Part shown: positions 1 to 13,590 of the stretch, in pieces
Numbering within the stretch: position 1 is the stretch's first letter
Layout of the letters: every line of letters starts with the position of its first letter
Assembly (NCBI RefSeq): GCF_006345805.1
Contig: NC_043013.1
Coordinates: 11,346,001-11,410,000, forward strand
Direction: 5' to 3'
DNA from: Octopus sinensis
Taxonomy: Eukaryota
Length of the DNA: 64,000 nucleotides
Notes under the pieces: generated by a model
What the model was told of the DNA's origin: nothing
What the model saw: only the letters and a program-made list of their open reading frames with translations
Databases searched by the model: none
Position numbers and translations under genes: made by a program

Positions 1-112
1 ACCCCAGTGTTTCACTGGTAATTAATTTATCGACTCCGAGAAAATGGAAAGCAAAGTCGACCTCTGTGGAATTTGAACTCAGAAGGTAAAGATGGGCGAA
101 ATGCCGCTAAGC
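1..112 (-). mobile_element. Partial tRNA-derived SINE (family A)
   Basis: Matches the body of the family A copies at 13174, 47082 and 56113 (GAAAGCAAAGTCGACCTC..GGAATTTGAACTCAGAA, reverse B box). Confidence 0.75.
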
Positions 113-313
113 TCTAATATAGTAACAAACAGTGGCTCTCATGGCTTCGGATCTCAACTGATTAGAAGTGTTATAATGTACATGATTTGTCTTAGTGTAA
201 AAGATGGGTTACAGCAAATATTCAAATATTCTGCTGAATATCATAGATTTGCTTGTCAGTTGCTTGCCCTTAATTAGCTGAGCATGTCACTTAGTGGCTG
301 ATGATATGATGAT

Positions 314-860
314 ATGTCTTACCAGAAGAACAAAAAGAGTGCCGGAGAGGGATGTATGGCTGTAAGGAGCAACTTCTGGTAAACCGAGCAATTATAGAGG
401 ACTTTAAGAGGAGAAAGACAAACCTGAACATGACTTGGATTGATTACCAGAAAGCATTCGACAATGTTCCACATTCATGCATATTGGAATCTCTCCGGAC
501 AAATAAGGCAGCCCCACCACTAAAAAAAATATTAAACATTCAGTGGCTAACTGGAAAACCAGCATAACATTAATTAATGACTCACAGGCTATCAATGCCT
601 ATCATATACCAGTAAGAAGTGGGATTTTCCAGGGAGACTCACTGTCACCCCTACTTTTCTGCCTTTCTCTGACACCGCTAAGAAACTTGTTAAACTTAAC
701 CACCACAGCTTATAGGTGCGACGGACAAAAATTAAACCATCTCCTGTACATGGATGACCTAAAACTTTAAGTTAAAAGCACTATGGAACAAAGAAATCTT
801 ATCAAAATTGTTCAGAGTTTCAGCAACTACATTGGAATGAGCATGGGGCTGGACAAGTGT
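314..860 (+). pseudogene. R4/Dong-clade non-LTR retrotransposon RT fragment, frameshifted
   Basis: Translates to [53 protein letters not shown] and GMSMGLDKC; ends in a (TA)n tract. Confidence 0.85.
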
Positions 861-1631
861 ATATATATATATATATTATATATATATATATAATATATAT
901 ATATATATATAATATATATATATATATTAATAAATAATATAAAACATATGCATATATATAAACATATATGTACGTACCTACCTCTACATGTACATATACA
1001 CGCATATATGAGTACAGGACACCAAAAGGACGTCGAACACAAAGAGAAACGAAAACATAGACACAAATCAAAGGAACTGGACATTTATTTACAAACAGCA
1101 AAAAAATAGAGTACAGGACAATTAACACAAAGAAAAAACCCCTTCTTCAGTCGCTAAAGTTTTCATCTACTCTACTTTTCGAAGGATAAAAGCGAGACGT
1201 ATCTTCGACAAGAAAACTTTCCTTCCTGCGAAAAGCAAATCAATTAAAATTCTGAGATCTTTTCGCAGAGGGGTAAAAAATGGTAAAAACAGGACAGTGA
1301 TGACAGTACAAATTGTAAACAGTAAAGGACAGGACAAGGAAAAACAAGATAAGAAGGGCTGTTGACGCCGAACGAAAAAAAGTATTGCAAACGCAGAATT
1401 TTTTATGGACGACGAGCGGAGTAAGAAGAAATGACGTCCATTACCTTGAGAGAGCCAGGCGAGAGAGACAGCAGCGGAAGTGGCGTCGCGGGTGAACGAC
1501 GGGAAGGCGGAAGTCACGTCGCGGGTGGAACGACGGGAAGGGGGGAGGAGGAGCAAGAGAAAGGGAGAGAAGAAGGGGAATGGCTGCTAGGAAACCATGA
1601 AGAGTGGAGAGGGGGAGAGAGAGAGTGAAGA

Positions 1632-1663
<32 letters not shown>

Positions 1664-1700
1664 GTATATATATATATGTATGTATGTATGTATGCATGTA

Positions 1701-1759
<59 letters not shown>

Positions 1760-3299
1760 ATGTATGATTGTATGTATGTATGCATGTATATATATATTCC
1801 TAAATAAGCATCTGATACCTTGAACAAGATCATTTTTAAGTTCAGACACCCACTTGGGCTAAACAAGAAGTAATAAGGATTTTGCCCTCTTCCCGTTCTA
1901 TCTAAATCTAACGATACCTAAAGCAATGAAGAAGATATCATATATCTATAACAATGGTAAATTTGAAGAAGAGATGTCCTTGGCATTTATTTATTTCGTT
2001 CATTATTTTCTTTTTTTTTTTGCGGACATGCGTATATACCGGTCAACGACTCACGCACACACACATACACACTCACAAATACAAACACAGAAACAAGTAC
2101 ACACAGACTACGCACTCGCGCATCTTCGAAGTAATTCAGATATGTGATAGACAAATACACTATTGTTGATGTATTGCTAGAGAATATCATTGAAATATAT
2201 CATAATTTTTCTGCTGTTTTGCATCATTTTTGCATTATTTTTCAAACCGGCTTTATAGCCTTGAACAGGGAATTTCTGGATCTGTATGTTTCTTTGAATT
2301 ATTATCTTTGGACTTCAATAAATTTGAATATTGCAATATCTTCTATTCCATTTCGTATTTAGGGGTGAGTTTTATGGGTTTGGATAGTATAATTCGCTAG
2401 AAAAAAGGAACAGACAGTACTCTGGTGTAATAGTTTTGAAGAGCAGTTTAGTCTCTTAAACTTTTGAATGAGCCAATACATTTCAGTGGGTACGATTTTG
2501 TTGGACCATCTACTAGAAGACTTAAAAGCTTCAAGGTTTAGTGTTTAACTCTAAAAGTTACGATGCTTCTACCAAAATCATGTGGCCGTTATAGTCTATG
2601 ACTACAGCCAAACGAAATCGCACCTGCTAAAGCATATCATGCAGCTTCAAGGGTTTAAATGTCCTATCGTTTGATTATCATCGAACTTAGAAAGATAAAA
2701 AGAACTAAGTTTTCATCAACGTGTTTTAAACAATAGTGTTTGCAAAATATTGGTGTCTCACATTGGTAGGAAAGAACGCTTGTTTATGAACGACAGAGAG
2801 GCAGAGTGAACACCATCTGTTATTCGTTCCGGAACCCATATCATCGTTTCTCTTGGTTCTTCAGGATCGATAAAGTACTATTTCTCTAGTATAGTCGATT
2901 ATTATTTTTTCTCATTTTTTAAAATTTTTCTCTGCTTCTGTTTCTCTTTCTGCCTTTGTCTTTCGTTTTTATTTTGTTCCTTTCTTTTTCTCCCCGACAA
3001 AGTGAAATCTTTATAATATGTGCTCTGTCAACTGTAGTTCGTCTTAGTGGTCAATCAATGTTGCAACTCCGCCAAGTGTTCAAGGCTCAAGAAATGAAGA
3101 ACGGATGGAAGGAAGATCAGATGATTCAATTAATCCCGATTTAAAGATTATTTTTTCTCGTGTCCCTCGATTCATAAGCTTCGTTACTTGCATTCAGTGG
3201 TGTATAAATGACCGTGATCGCAGCATTTTCAAAGCAATATCGCAACGTCAGTTGGTCCATTGTGATATCCCTCAAATTCAGTAATTTTCAGAGAGGGGG

Positions 3300-3680
3300 C
3301 GAGTTGATTACATGGACTCCAGTGCCTAGAAGCTATGTTATTTTACGTAGTCTGAAAGGAAAAAAAAAGAAAGAAAGACTTTGGAGGGATTTGAACTCGT
3401 AATGCAAACATGTGGAATAATGCTGCGAAGTATTTTGTCCAATGCACTAATGATTCTGCCAGCTAATACTTTATACTAATTTATAAAAAAAATAATCCTT
3501 TCTGCTATTAGAACAAGGGGTGAAATTTTCTGTGATGAGGCTAGTCGGTTAAGTCAACTCCAAAGCGCAACTAGCACTTATCGACCCTGAAAGGATGAAA
3601 GTCAAAATCGATTAATGCGGAATTTGAACTCAGAACGTATAAACGGAATTATTGGCATGCTAACGACATTACAAGTTACT
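3300..3680 (-). mobile_element. Degenerate family A SINE pieces
   Basis: Recognisable GATTTGAACTC, TTATCGACCCTGAAAGGATGAAAG and TTCTGCCAGC motifs. Confidence 0.55.
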
Positions 3681-4202
3681 GCCTTATCCCAATGTACAAC
3701 AAATAATACATTTATTTCTTCAATGAGAGTGTCAGGAAAACAACAATAATAAATAATAAAGCAAAAGACAAAATTAGAAGAATTGGGAATAGAACCTATC
3801 CAGACGTGCTCAAAAATTAAAGAGACGAAACTAAATACTATAAGGCAATTTTTTCCTATCACCATATTTGTCAACACGACGCTCTTCAACTTGGCTAAAC
3901 TATCGATCAGTTAATATGTTTGTTTGTGACTTGTATTCATAAGACAATTTCCCGCTCTTTTCCAATGACTGATTCTAAGTCTTTTGAATAAAATGTTTAA
4001 TTTTTCAACATACAGCTAATGACGTCGGTAAGCGAGCTCTGTTGTGTAATGAGGCGAACGTAGATTACAATGAAAACTAAAAAAAAAAAAAAAAAAAAAA
4101 TTCTTAAAATATTGAAAAAAAAAAATTACTAATTCTAATGAGAGAAATTTTCTGCTTTGCTTGAGACTGATACAAAAGAATAATAGTTTAGATGTGTAAA
4201 AC

Positions 4203-4268
<66 letters not shown>

Positions 4269-4345
4269 TATTATTATTATTATTATTATTACTATTATTA
4301 TTACTATTATTATTATTTATATTATTATTATCATTATTATTATTA

Positions 4346-4407
<62 letters not shown>

Positions 4408-4982
4408 TAAATACATCCAATCAACCCAATACATCGGTGATAAAAGGATTTTAAATTTCAATTTTACGGTTCAACTATCAAGGTTGTTTTTATTTATATT
4501 TATATTTATATGTACGTATTTATTTTTTCAAAAAAATTGTTTTGTTTTTAAATTTTATTTTTCTATTTGATTTTTTTTTCTTCTCTCTCTTTCTTTGTCT
4601 TCATCTTCTTCTTCTTCGTATGCTGTTATTTGTTTGAATGTCCTTGTTTGAAATATCCTCTTTCTAGTGTGCTTAAATCAACTTCTTTAACATTTCCTTC
4701 TTTTCTAGTATCTTATCTTATTCTTCCTCTTCTTCGCCTTCCCCCTCATACCTCTGCTCTTTCTTCTTCTTTTTCGTCTTCATCATCATCATCATCACCA
4801 TCTTCTTCTTCTTCTTCTTCTTCTTCTTCTTCTTCTTCTTCTTCTTCTATTTCTTCTTCTACTTCTTCTTCTTCTCCTTCTTCTTCCTACATCCCTCTCG
4901 GCATTATTTGTCCATTGTTATAATATTTTCATAATTATTTCAATGCTGTCATTGCTGTGTTGTTATTATTGTGATCGTCGTG

Positions 4983-5017
<35 letters not shown>

Positions 5018-5200
5018 TATTATCATCATCATCATCATCATCCGCATCATCATCATCGTATTCGTCCTCCTCCTCATCATCATCATGTTTGTCATCATCA
5101 TCATCATCATCATGTTTGTTATCATCATCGTCATCGTCATGACCATCATTTCCCTCTTCATTGTCTTTATCATCACCATAATTATCATTTTCATGATCAT
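4203..5200. repeat. Compound trinucleotide microsatellites: (TAT)n 4203-4408, (TCT)n/(CAT)n about 4740-5200
   Basis: Visible directly; explains the poly-N/I/L/S/H ORFs. Confidence 0.95.
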
Positions 5201-5615
5201 AATACTTATCTCCCTAATGTTTACAATAATTAATATTACTCTGTGTGTGCGAGTGTGGGAACATGCGTACAGTATGTGGGCTCGTGTGGGAGAGTGTATG
5301 CTTGCATTTGTTGTGAATATATGTTCCTCTATATATCCGTATGATTGTATATATATCTTTAAATATATATTATATATATATATATATATTATACATATAG
5401 ATACATATATATGAATATATATATATATATATTATATATATATATATAAATACATATGCATATATATATTTACATATATATATATATTCATATATACATA
5501 TACATATACATATATGTACATATATATATGCATATATATGTACATATATATACATATATATATTCATATATGTACATATATATATGCATATATGTATATA
5601 CATACATGAATACAC

Positions 5616-5678
<63 letters not shown>

Positions 5679-6185
5679 GTTGTATTGTTTGGTTTTATAC
5701 TTGAGGGATTTAAAACAAGAAATGTAGTTTGTTTTCTTTACGCTATGTTTATTTACTTTCTTATCAAATGTATTATTTATTCAATTTCCAGCAAGACAAT
5801 AGTTAAACGATTTCAGGTCTGAAAAAAAAAAATAGAAAAGAAGATAAATATGTGTGCGTGTGTTTGTTTGTATTTGTGTGTATACACATGCGCGTACACA
5901 CACACATACAAACATATATGGTTTACGGAGGTAAAGAAAACTGTAACGAAGGTAGCGAAAAATTTTAACGTCGATGATGATGAGATGATGATGATAATCG
6001 TAACCACGACGACGTGGACAATGAAGAGAAAATATAAACAAAATAAGGAAAAGAACAAGCAAATATAAAGAAAAAAAGAGATAGAAAGTGTCAGAAAATA
6101 ATATGAACATTTAAAAAAAAATTATTAAAGAATACAATAAGGGAAATATATAAAGGTTGGGAGAAATATTTGAAATGGAAATGGA

Positions 6186-6238
6186 TCAGGTCTTGAAAGA
6201 TGGATCGTAATTCCACCGGACGCAGATCTTGTCTACAC
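6186..6238 (-). CDS. Candidate terminal coding exon (G)VDKICVRWNYDPSFKT*, copy 1; product unknown
   Basis: Acceptor gtttgtattgattttcag|GT, TGA at 6188-6186, AU-rich downstream region, AATAAA at 5781-5776 and 5753-5748 on the minus strand; upstream exons not identified. Confidence 0.4.
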
Positions 6239-6321
6239 CTGAAAATCAATACAAACATTAAACATAAACCAACAACACGACTAATGTGCACCTTAAACAT
6301 ACATGTGTATGTGCATGTCTC

Positions 6322-6352
<31 letters not shown>

Positions 6353-6864
6353 TATAGTTGTATTGTTTGGTTTTATACTTGAGGGATTTAAAACAAGAAA
6401 TGTAGTTTGTTTTCTTTACGCTATGTTTATTTACTTTCTTATCAAATGTATTATTTATTCAATTTCCAGCAAGACAATAGTTAAACGATTTCAGGTCTGG
6501 AAAAAAAATAGAAAAGAAGATAAATATGTGTGCGTGTGTTTGTTTGTATTTGTGTGTATACACATGCGCGTACACACACACGCATACAAACATATATGGT
6601 TTACGGAGGTAAAGAAAACTGTAACGAAGGTAGCGAAAAATTTTAACGTCGATGATGATGGAGATGATGATGATAATCGTAACCACGACGACGTGGACAA
6701 TGAAGAGAAAATATAAACAAAATAAGGAAAAGAACAAGCAAATATAAAGAAAAAAAGAGATAGAAAGTGTCAGAAAATAATATGAACATTTAAAAAAAAA
6801 TTATTAAAGAATACAATAAGGGAAATATATAAAGGTTGGGAGAAATATTTGAAATGGAAATGGA

Positions 6865-6917
6865 TCAGGTCTTGAAAGATGGATCGTAATTCCACCGGAC
6901 GCAGATCTTGTCTACAC
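6865..6917 (-). CDS. Candidate terminal coding exon, copy 2 (identical coding part)
   Basis: Same acceptor, codons and stop as copy 1, shifted by 679 bp. Confidence 0.4.
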
Positions 6918-6994
6918 CTGAAAATCAATACAAACATTAAACATAAACCAACAACACGACTAATGTGCACCTTAAACATACATGTGTATGTGCA

Positions 6995-7029
<35 letters not shown>

Positions 7030-7282
7030 AAATAAGCAACAAGAATGGCTCCGGTAATTTGGTACGGTCGTTTTGTACTACATCATTTTATTAAATGTTG
7101 TAAGTATTACAACAGTTTTAGAGGTTTTATTTTTAAAGGTTTTCCATCAATACAAAAATTTTCATATCAAGTGGCAACATTATAGAGAAGGTAGATATAT
7201 AGACAAAGATGTGGATTTAAATTTTAAGAACATTTGAGGTAGTGGAGCCCATCAACTGACTGACTTGGTTGTTCCAGACTAC

Positions 7283-7389
<107 letters not shown>

Positions 7390-7645
7390 ATCTATCTATC
7401 TACATATACATTTGTATGTATGTATATTGTGTACATGTATATGTATATACGAGTTAGTGGACAACCGAAAGTAAGCGGCATTTAACACATTTTGTAAGAG
7501 TCATGTGCATTATTTAATAGCCGCTTCACTAGGCTCCATCTTGAATTAGGCTCATCTCTTGTTGATCACTTGAGGAGCTAGGTGCATTTACGAGCCTATG
7601 TAACATTATGTTGCATATCATGAAATTTAAATAAAATATAAATGA

Positions 7646-7689
<44 letters not shown>

Positions 7690-8270
7690 TATATACACAT
7701 ATATATCTACAAGTAAATCCACACAATTTCGAATGCGCGTATTTCTAATGATATAGATTTCGTTGGAGTCTAAATTTCAAATATTACCAGATTGAATAAT
7801 GACTTGTACTATTTTGTATTCCAGGTTGAAAAACTATGAATGTTAATAAAGATTAAAACCATAAAATTATAATTGCCGAATTATTCCGTGACGGCAAAAT
7901 TTGCTGGAGAGATTGTTATAGTCACAAATCTACTGTTTTTAAAGTTGTAGTCTGTTTCAAGAATCCACCAGGTGTTGTATATGAATTTAAACTATGCTTT
8001 GCCTATACCCCCAATGTATATTTTTTATGCTAGAAACTAAAATTGTTTAGAGTCCACTCCACAACAGCAATAACAGTGTTTAATTAATCTGGAATCGTCA
8101 AAAGTTCAAATATGAAAATTAGATTTTCCACTAGGGCGCAAGCTTAGTGGATGAGTGTATTTTTATCAGAAAATCTCCCCCCACCCTTAATCATAAATCC
8201 TAAAACTAGCATGAAAATTAATCAATTTATTTCTGTACCTGTTTATCAGCCTTGCTTTCTCACTCACTCA

Positions 8271-8358
<88 letters not shown>

Positions 8359-8559
8359 TTCTTTCTCTCTCTGCACACATACGTACAGATACACATGTAT
8401 ATATATATAAACAAGACGTCTCAAGGGTAAATAGACATCCCATATAATACCGTTTTCTCTCTACGGAAGCTACCTGGTGCTAGGTTAATTTTTTATCTTG
8501 CTTTTCAGATTATAGTGTATTAATTATTTCGAGCAACTAGCCATACTGAGAACACCGGA

Positions 8560-8830
8560 AGTAAAACAGCTATCTGGTTTCAAAAAAGCATATTGCGGTT
8601 CAATCTTAGCCATAATAACATTGTTACAAAATCTTGGGATTCCTCTTGCCACAGTCAACAGAGTGGTCGTACAATTCACCATCAAAGTAAAGCAATCAAC
8701 ACAAATATATTCAGATCAACAAGGACCCCCTAACAGATATCTTAAAGGTTATGAAGTGGGTTGGTGAAAATAATCCCCGTTTTAAAGCAACTGATGCTGC
8801 AGAGCAGCTCCAAAATAGTTGGGTACACGT
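8560..8830 (+). mobile_element. Tc1-like transposase N-terminal relic
   Basis: With frameshifts reads LSHNNIVTK-LGIPLATVNRVVVQF...GPPNRYL-KVMKWVGENNPRFKATD, resembling a paired-like HTH. Confidence 0.5.
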
Positions 8831-9059
8831 GTTAGATTTCAGGCGTTATGAATGAATATAAAATATGTCGGGGAATTTGAAGGTCAGTTCTCAGGAGTTA
8901 AGTAAGTCACATGAATGGAATTATTGCTGCATTATATGTTCCTTTGTTCTTGTTATGTAGTAGTTTAAAGGAATGTAATTGAATCTTCAGTTACCACCGT
9001 AAAAAGGAATTAGAGAATGATTTTGATGTAAACTGGGTAAAACCAATTTCACAGATTTC

Positions 9060-9420
9060 GGTATTTGTCTGGCTTAAAGTACTCCAAAAGGAATCTTCGT
9101 CAGTCTTCACAATTGCACACGTATTCTGATTTCCGGATAAGAGATATCACAGAAAGTTTAAAGATCTCCAATACTGGTTGAAATAGGAAGCAGATCTCTC
9201 GACAATGTTTCACATTATTAGAGGACATGTCGGGCCTTGTCCCTTCGAGTTCCAGATTTATTGTGACAGTGATACAGATCTATAGATCTGAATGACTGGA
9301 GATCTTGAAACAAAGTGTTCTTGAAAATGTTTGTTGATTGTTTCGTATAATTCCTTTGAATTTAGACAAGAGTTGTTAAAGTTCCCAAGTACAAGAATTC
9401 TTTAGAAAGGGTGACTCTCC
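9060..9420 (-). pseudogene. Possible LINE AP-endonuclease relic
   Basis: RILVLGNFN (LGDFN-like) followed about 300 nt later by QNHSLI (SDH-like); many stops. Confidence 0.3.
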
Positions 9421-9734
9421 TGAAATAGGAAACGAAAGCGACAAATCCGATCGTGCTTTCAACTGTAATCAATAAAAACGATATTGAAAGCGAACTGCGT
9501 GAATCATTCTTTCTGCTATTACTGACGTTCATCCGCAAAATCCAGAAAGTTTTGTGAAAAGAATGTTCCTTAATAGATGTAAACACTACATGTATGGTAT
9601 TCTCGCTTTATTATTTTTTTTTGTTTTTGCACAGATAAAAATCACGTGAGAGCGTTTATAGTTCAAATGGATACACTCTCACATAATATTGTACACATAC
9701 ATATACTAATGTACGTGTATGCATGTATACACAT

Positions 9735-9995
9735 GACTAATAGTTAAGGTGTTGCACTCATGATCGAGAGATCATGGCTTCAATTCCTAGACAAGATAGT
9801 GCGTTGTATTCTTCAGCAACATACTTCGGCATCTAAAGCGTGGTACACCACGCACCTATTTAGGCAACGTGGATTTGATGGTGGGAATGAGCAAATGTTT
9901 GGCACGAACATTTGATCACTATAAACAAATCATTTGTGCAGGTCGTTCCGCAAAAGCTGAGCACTTATACGTTGCCTTCGACGGGAGGTTCCATC
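9735..9995 (+). mobile_element. Degenerate tRNA-headed SINE-like element
   Basis: A/B-box-like head (TAGTTAAGGTGTTGCACTCATGATC...GGCTTCAATTCC); single copy in this window. Confidence 0.35.
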
Positions 9996-10342
9996 ATATA
10001 TATATATATATATACTTATATATATATACATATGTGTGTGTGTGTACGTGTGTGACTGTGTTTGTGTGCGCATCATTTGCGTTCTGTGCCATTTGCAGCG
10101 CGACTCCCTTTAACCCTACAAGAATTTAACGTCTAACTCTTTGTTTTACAATAGCTCACTCACACTAGTTCTATGCCGCATATCCCTACCACATTTCCAC
10201 ACATGTTGGACCTTATTCTCTAGTCTACATATTTCAATCAGACACGTGATCTTTATTATTAATATGTCGATACATCTCTCTTCCGAAGCAAATAACATAT
10301 GTCCTCTTATCGTAAATTCGTAATTCTCTCATTGATATATAT

Positions 10343-10772
10343 AAACTTAGATAAATTTAGATATATTTCGACCAAAGAGTCGTCCAGGCCATGTCTAACT
10401 TAATAGCACCACCTGATAGGATTATCTAAATCCAGTTTAAGTAAAGTTTCGTTTATGATCCATTCAAGTAGTGAGTTCGTGTTGAGTGAGTTGTATCCAC
10501 GTATAGGTGGGTTATCCGGTATACCTTGAAAAAATCTGCCCAGACTCCGTTTAAAGGTGATGGGATAGGGCCTGTTGAGGAAAAGAAATTGTGTCGCAGT
10601 GTACCTATATGTTGTGATCCTGAATTGAGCAGGGGACGTATAGGCCGTGGTCCCAGCCTTGGATGAACCTTGAAACTAATTTTCAGGTCGTTTGGGCAAT
10701 GCTGGCGGTATTTTCTCCACATCGTACAAATGATGTACCGCTCGCGGCGGCGCAGGAGAGAGTAGAGTTTCA
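10343..10772 (-). mobile_element. 5'-truncated CR1-group LINE 3' end
   Basis: LKLYSLLRRRERY...TLRHNFFSSTGP; 3'UTR and (ATCTAAGTTT)-type tail shared with 24341-24662. Confidence 0.8.
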
Positions 10773-10773
10773 A

Positions 10774-10804
<31 letters not shown>

Positions 10805-11014
10805 ATTATATATATATATATATATATAGTAATAAATATTAGGGAATAAATCCAAATTTACAGGGAAAAATCAGATTTAGGATTGAATCCAATTTTATAG
10901 TAAAATATAATATAATATTAATTAGAGACAAAACCACTATTATGCAAATCAAACAAAGAAAGACTTAATCCAATACATAAAAAATGTTATACAAATTAAA
11001 TATAATTAAGATAT

Positions 11015-11060
11015 CCACTACGATCGTTTCTTGTCACTTCTATGGACATTCATCAGGTGG
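11015..11060 (-). ncRNA. Identical hammerhead-like motif on the opposite strand
   Basis: Exact reverse complement of 11088-11133. Confidence 0.6.
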
Positions 11061-11087
11061 TTTCAACTTGCAAAGAAGGTCTTGAAA

Positions 11088-11133
11088 CCACCTGATGAAT
11101 GTCCATAGAAGTGACAAGAAACGATCGTAGTGG
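11088..11133 (+). ncRNA. Minimal type-I hammerhead ribozyme-like motif
   Basis: ccac-CUGAUGA-a-uguc(cauagaagu)gaca-a-GAAA-c-gauc-GUA-gugg: stem I 4 bp, stem II 4 bp, palindromic stem III loop, GUA cleavage triplet. Confidence 0.6.
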
Positions 11134-11233
11134 ATATCTTAATTATATTTAATTTATATAAAATTTTTTATGTATTGGATTAAGTCTTTCTTTGTTTGAT
11201 TTGCATAATAGTGGTTTTGTCTCTAATTAATAT

Positions 11234-11264
<31 letters not shown>

Positions 11265-11267
11265 CAT

Positions 11268-11458
11268 GATAGATCGTTAGCTCCTACACGCATTTTTTCT
11301 CTCCTTGTTTTTTTTCTGTGTATCTTTCTGTCGAAGAGCGTAGGCTCAAAACGTAAAAAAAAGTGTTCTATTACTATTCCTGAGCACCATACTAATACAT
11401 TTGTTTGTTTGTACTCCACCTGCCTTCGTCTTTTGTTTATTTTCGTAAACCTTCCCGT

Positions 11459-11460
<2 letters not shown>
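11268..11460 (+). mobile_element. Dispersed repeat (second copy at 60675-60860) with a hammerhead-like CUGUNGA-stem-GAAA motif; probably PLE-derived
   Basis: Two homologous copies, each next to a (TA)n-type tract. Confidence 0.6.
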
Positions 11461-11504
<44 letters not shown>

Positions 11505-11756
11505 CATATATATATATATACATACACATATACATATACATATATATATACATATACATATATATATAAATATATATATATATACACACACACACACATA
11601 TATATATGTATATATATATATATACATACATACCCATATATACATGCAGAAATATTCACACACATACTTATGTATATCTACATACACATATAAATTCCAC
11701 CAATCTATCTGTCGCAAACTCTCTGTAACTCACATTAATATAATACAGTTTCTATA

Positions 11757-11800
<44 letters not shown>

Positions 11801-12262
11801 TATATATATACATATATATACACACACACATACTTACACATATGCCCAAGAAACATGTATGCATGCACAAACTAAATGAATACAATCTCACCAAATCACT
11901 AATAAACATACACACTGAAACATACACATGAAAACAGCTACTCCCAACTTCACTGGTAATACTAGTTCTCTCAGCTGATGTTATCTATATCCCCAAAGTG
12001 GTAATCTGAAGCCAAATTCTTGAGTTCCACCTTCTGCAAGCAGACCATTTCATCAGACCTAGATATCGCTCACACAAAGTAATATATTGCTATTGAATAT
12101 CAATTAAATAAACAGCAATACTAGTCTTTCTACCTTAAATCATGTTTTACTATAGAAAATAACACACTGCCGTATTCACAGTGCATACGTACACACATGC
12201 ATATATGCACTCATATGTGTGTATGCAAGTATGAGTATACACACATACATACATACATACAT

Positions 12263-12303
<41 letters not shown>

Positions 12304-12322
12304 TATATATATATATACAGTG

Positions 12323-12357
<35 letters not shown>

Positions 12358-13173
12358 TTATATATATATATATATACATTGTGTATATATATACATATAT
12401 ATATACACAATGTATATATATATATTTGTATATATATTTACACAATGTATATATATATATATATCTATGTATATATACATATATATACACACGCACAAAT
12501 ATATTAGCAAATTCATATACATTTTCTCAGACTACATGTCAGTCTCCTTTTCTCTCTTCCTCTCTCTCTTTCCTTCTCTCCCTCTCCGTCTATCTCTCTT
12601 CTTCTTTCTCATTCTTTTTCTGCTCTCAATCTTTCCCTCTCAAAATTTCCCTCCACCCCACCCGCACACACTGTTAGTCTGGCGCCATAGAGGCAGACAT
12701 TCTCCTGATGTTTGTAATACCCTGTATTGCTTTTATTGTTGCCGACGACAATAGCCTAGAAAGGTCTCAGCCTCTTTCTCTACATCTTTCTTTGAAAGAC
12801 TGAACGACTGTGTCAAAATGTATTGTACATATTATAATAGATATTACTTACGGGAATTTTAGAGCAAGCTTTAATTTGAAATCACCAAAAAAATATATTA
12901 TGTTGCAAGAAAGAAGTTGGTTACTAACAAAACCACAGCGAATCAAACCGAAGGCATTTCAGTGAGTAGTTGCAATCGATTAAATCAACCAATATATAAC
13001 TGGTACTTGCTTCATACAATCTGAATGATTAAGAAAACCAATCATCGGCTTTTGTTCTATCGCCGTAGTTAAGGAACGAATACACTTCATCAACTTTATC
13101 CAAATCTTTTTGCACTTTGTGCAAAATAACATTCCTACTGACCGAGCGACAAGACGCATAGCAAGGCGCGTCT

Positions 13174-13590
13174 TATTTCTTTATTGCCCACAAGGGGCTA
13201 AACATAGAGGGGTCAGACAATGACAGACAAAGGGATTAAGTCGATTAGATCGACCCCAGTGCGCAACTGTTACTTAATTTATCGACCCCGAAAGGGTGAA
13301 AGGCAAGGTCGACCTCGGCGGAATTTGAACTCAGAACGTAATGGCAGACAAAATACCTATTTCTTTACTAACCACAAGGGGCTAAACACAGAGGGGAGAA
13401 ACAAGGACAAACAAACGGATTAAGTCGATTAGATCGACCTCAGTGCGTAACCGGTGCTTAATTTATTGACCCCGAAAAGTTGAAAGGCAAAGTCGACCTC
13501 GGCGGAATTTGAACTCAGAACGTAACGGCAGACAGAATAACGCTAGACATTTCGTCCGGCGTGCTAACGTTTCTGTCAGCTCGCCGCCTT
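13174..13590 (-). mobile_element. Family A SINE with two body units
   Basis: A box TGACAGAAACG and B box GAGTTCAAATTCC; ~13-bp TSD CAAGGCGC(G/A)TCTT at 13162 and 13591. Confidence 0.9.

Larger units (their letters stand above)
5679..6999. repeat. Tandem direct duplication of a ~640-bp unique segment (5679-6320 and 6357-6999), period about 679 bp, joined and bounded by (TA)n
   Basis: Copies are near-identical; the differences I see are in homopolymer or SSR tracts. Confidence 0.95.
10911..11237. repeat. Near-perfect palindrome: 156-bp arms (10911-11066 and 11082-11237), 15-nt spacer; Penelope-like inverted terminus
   Basis: Manual reverse-complement comparison finds 2 mismatches between the arms. 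Confidence 0.95.
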
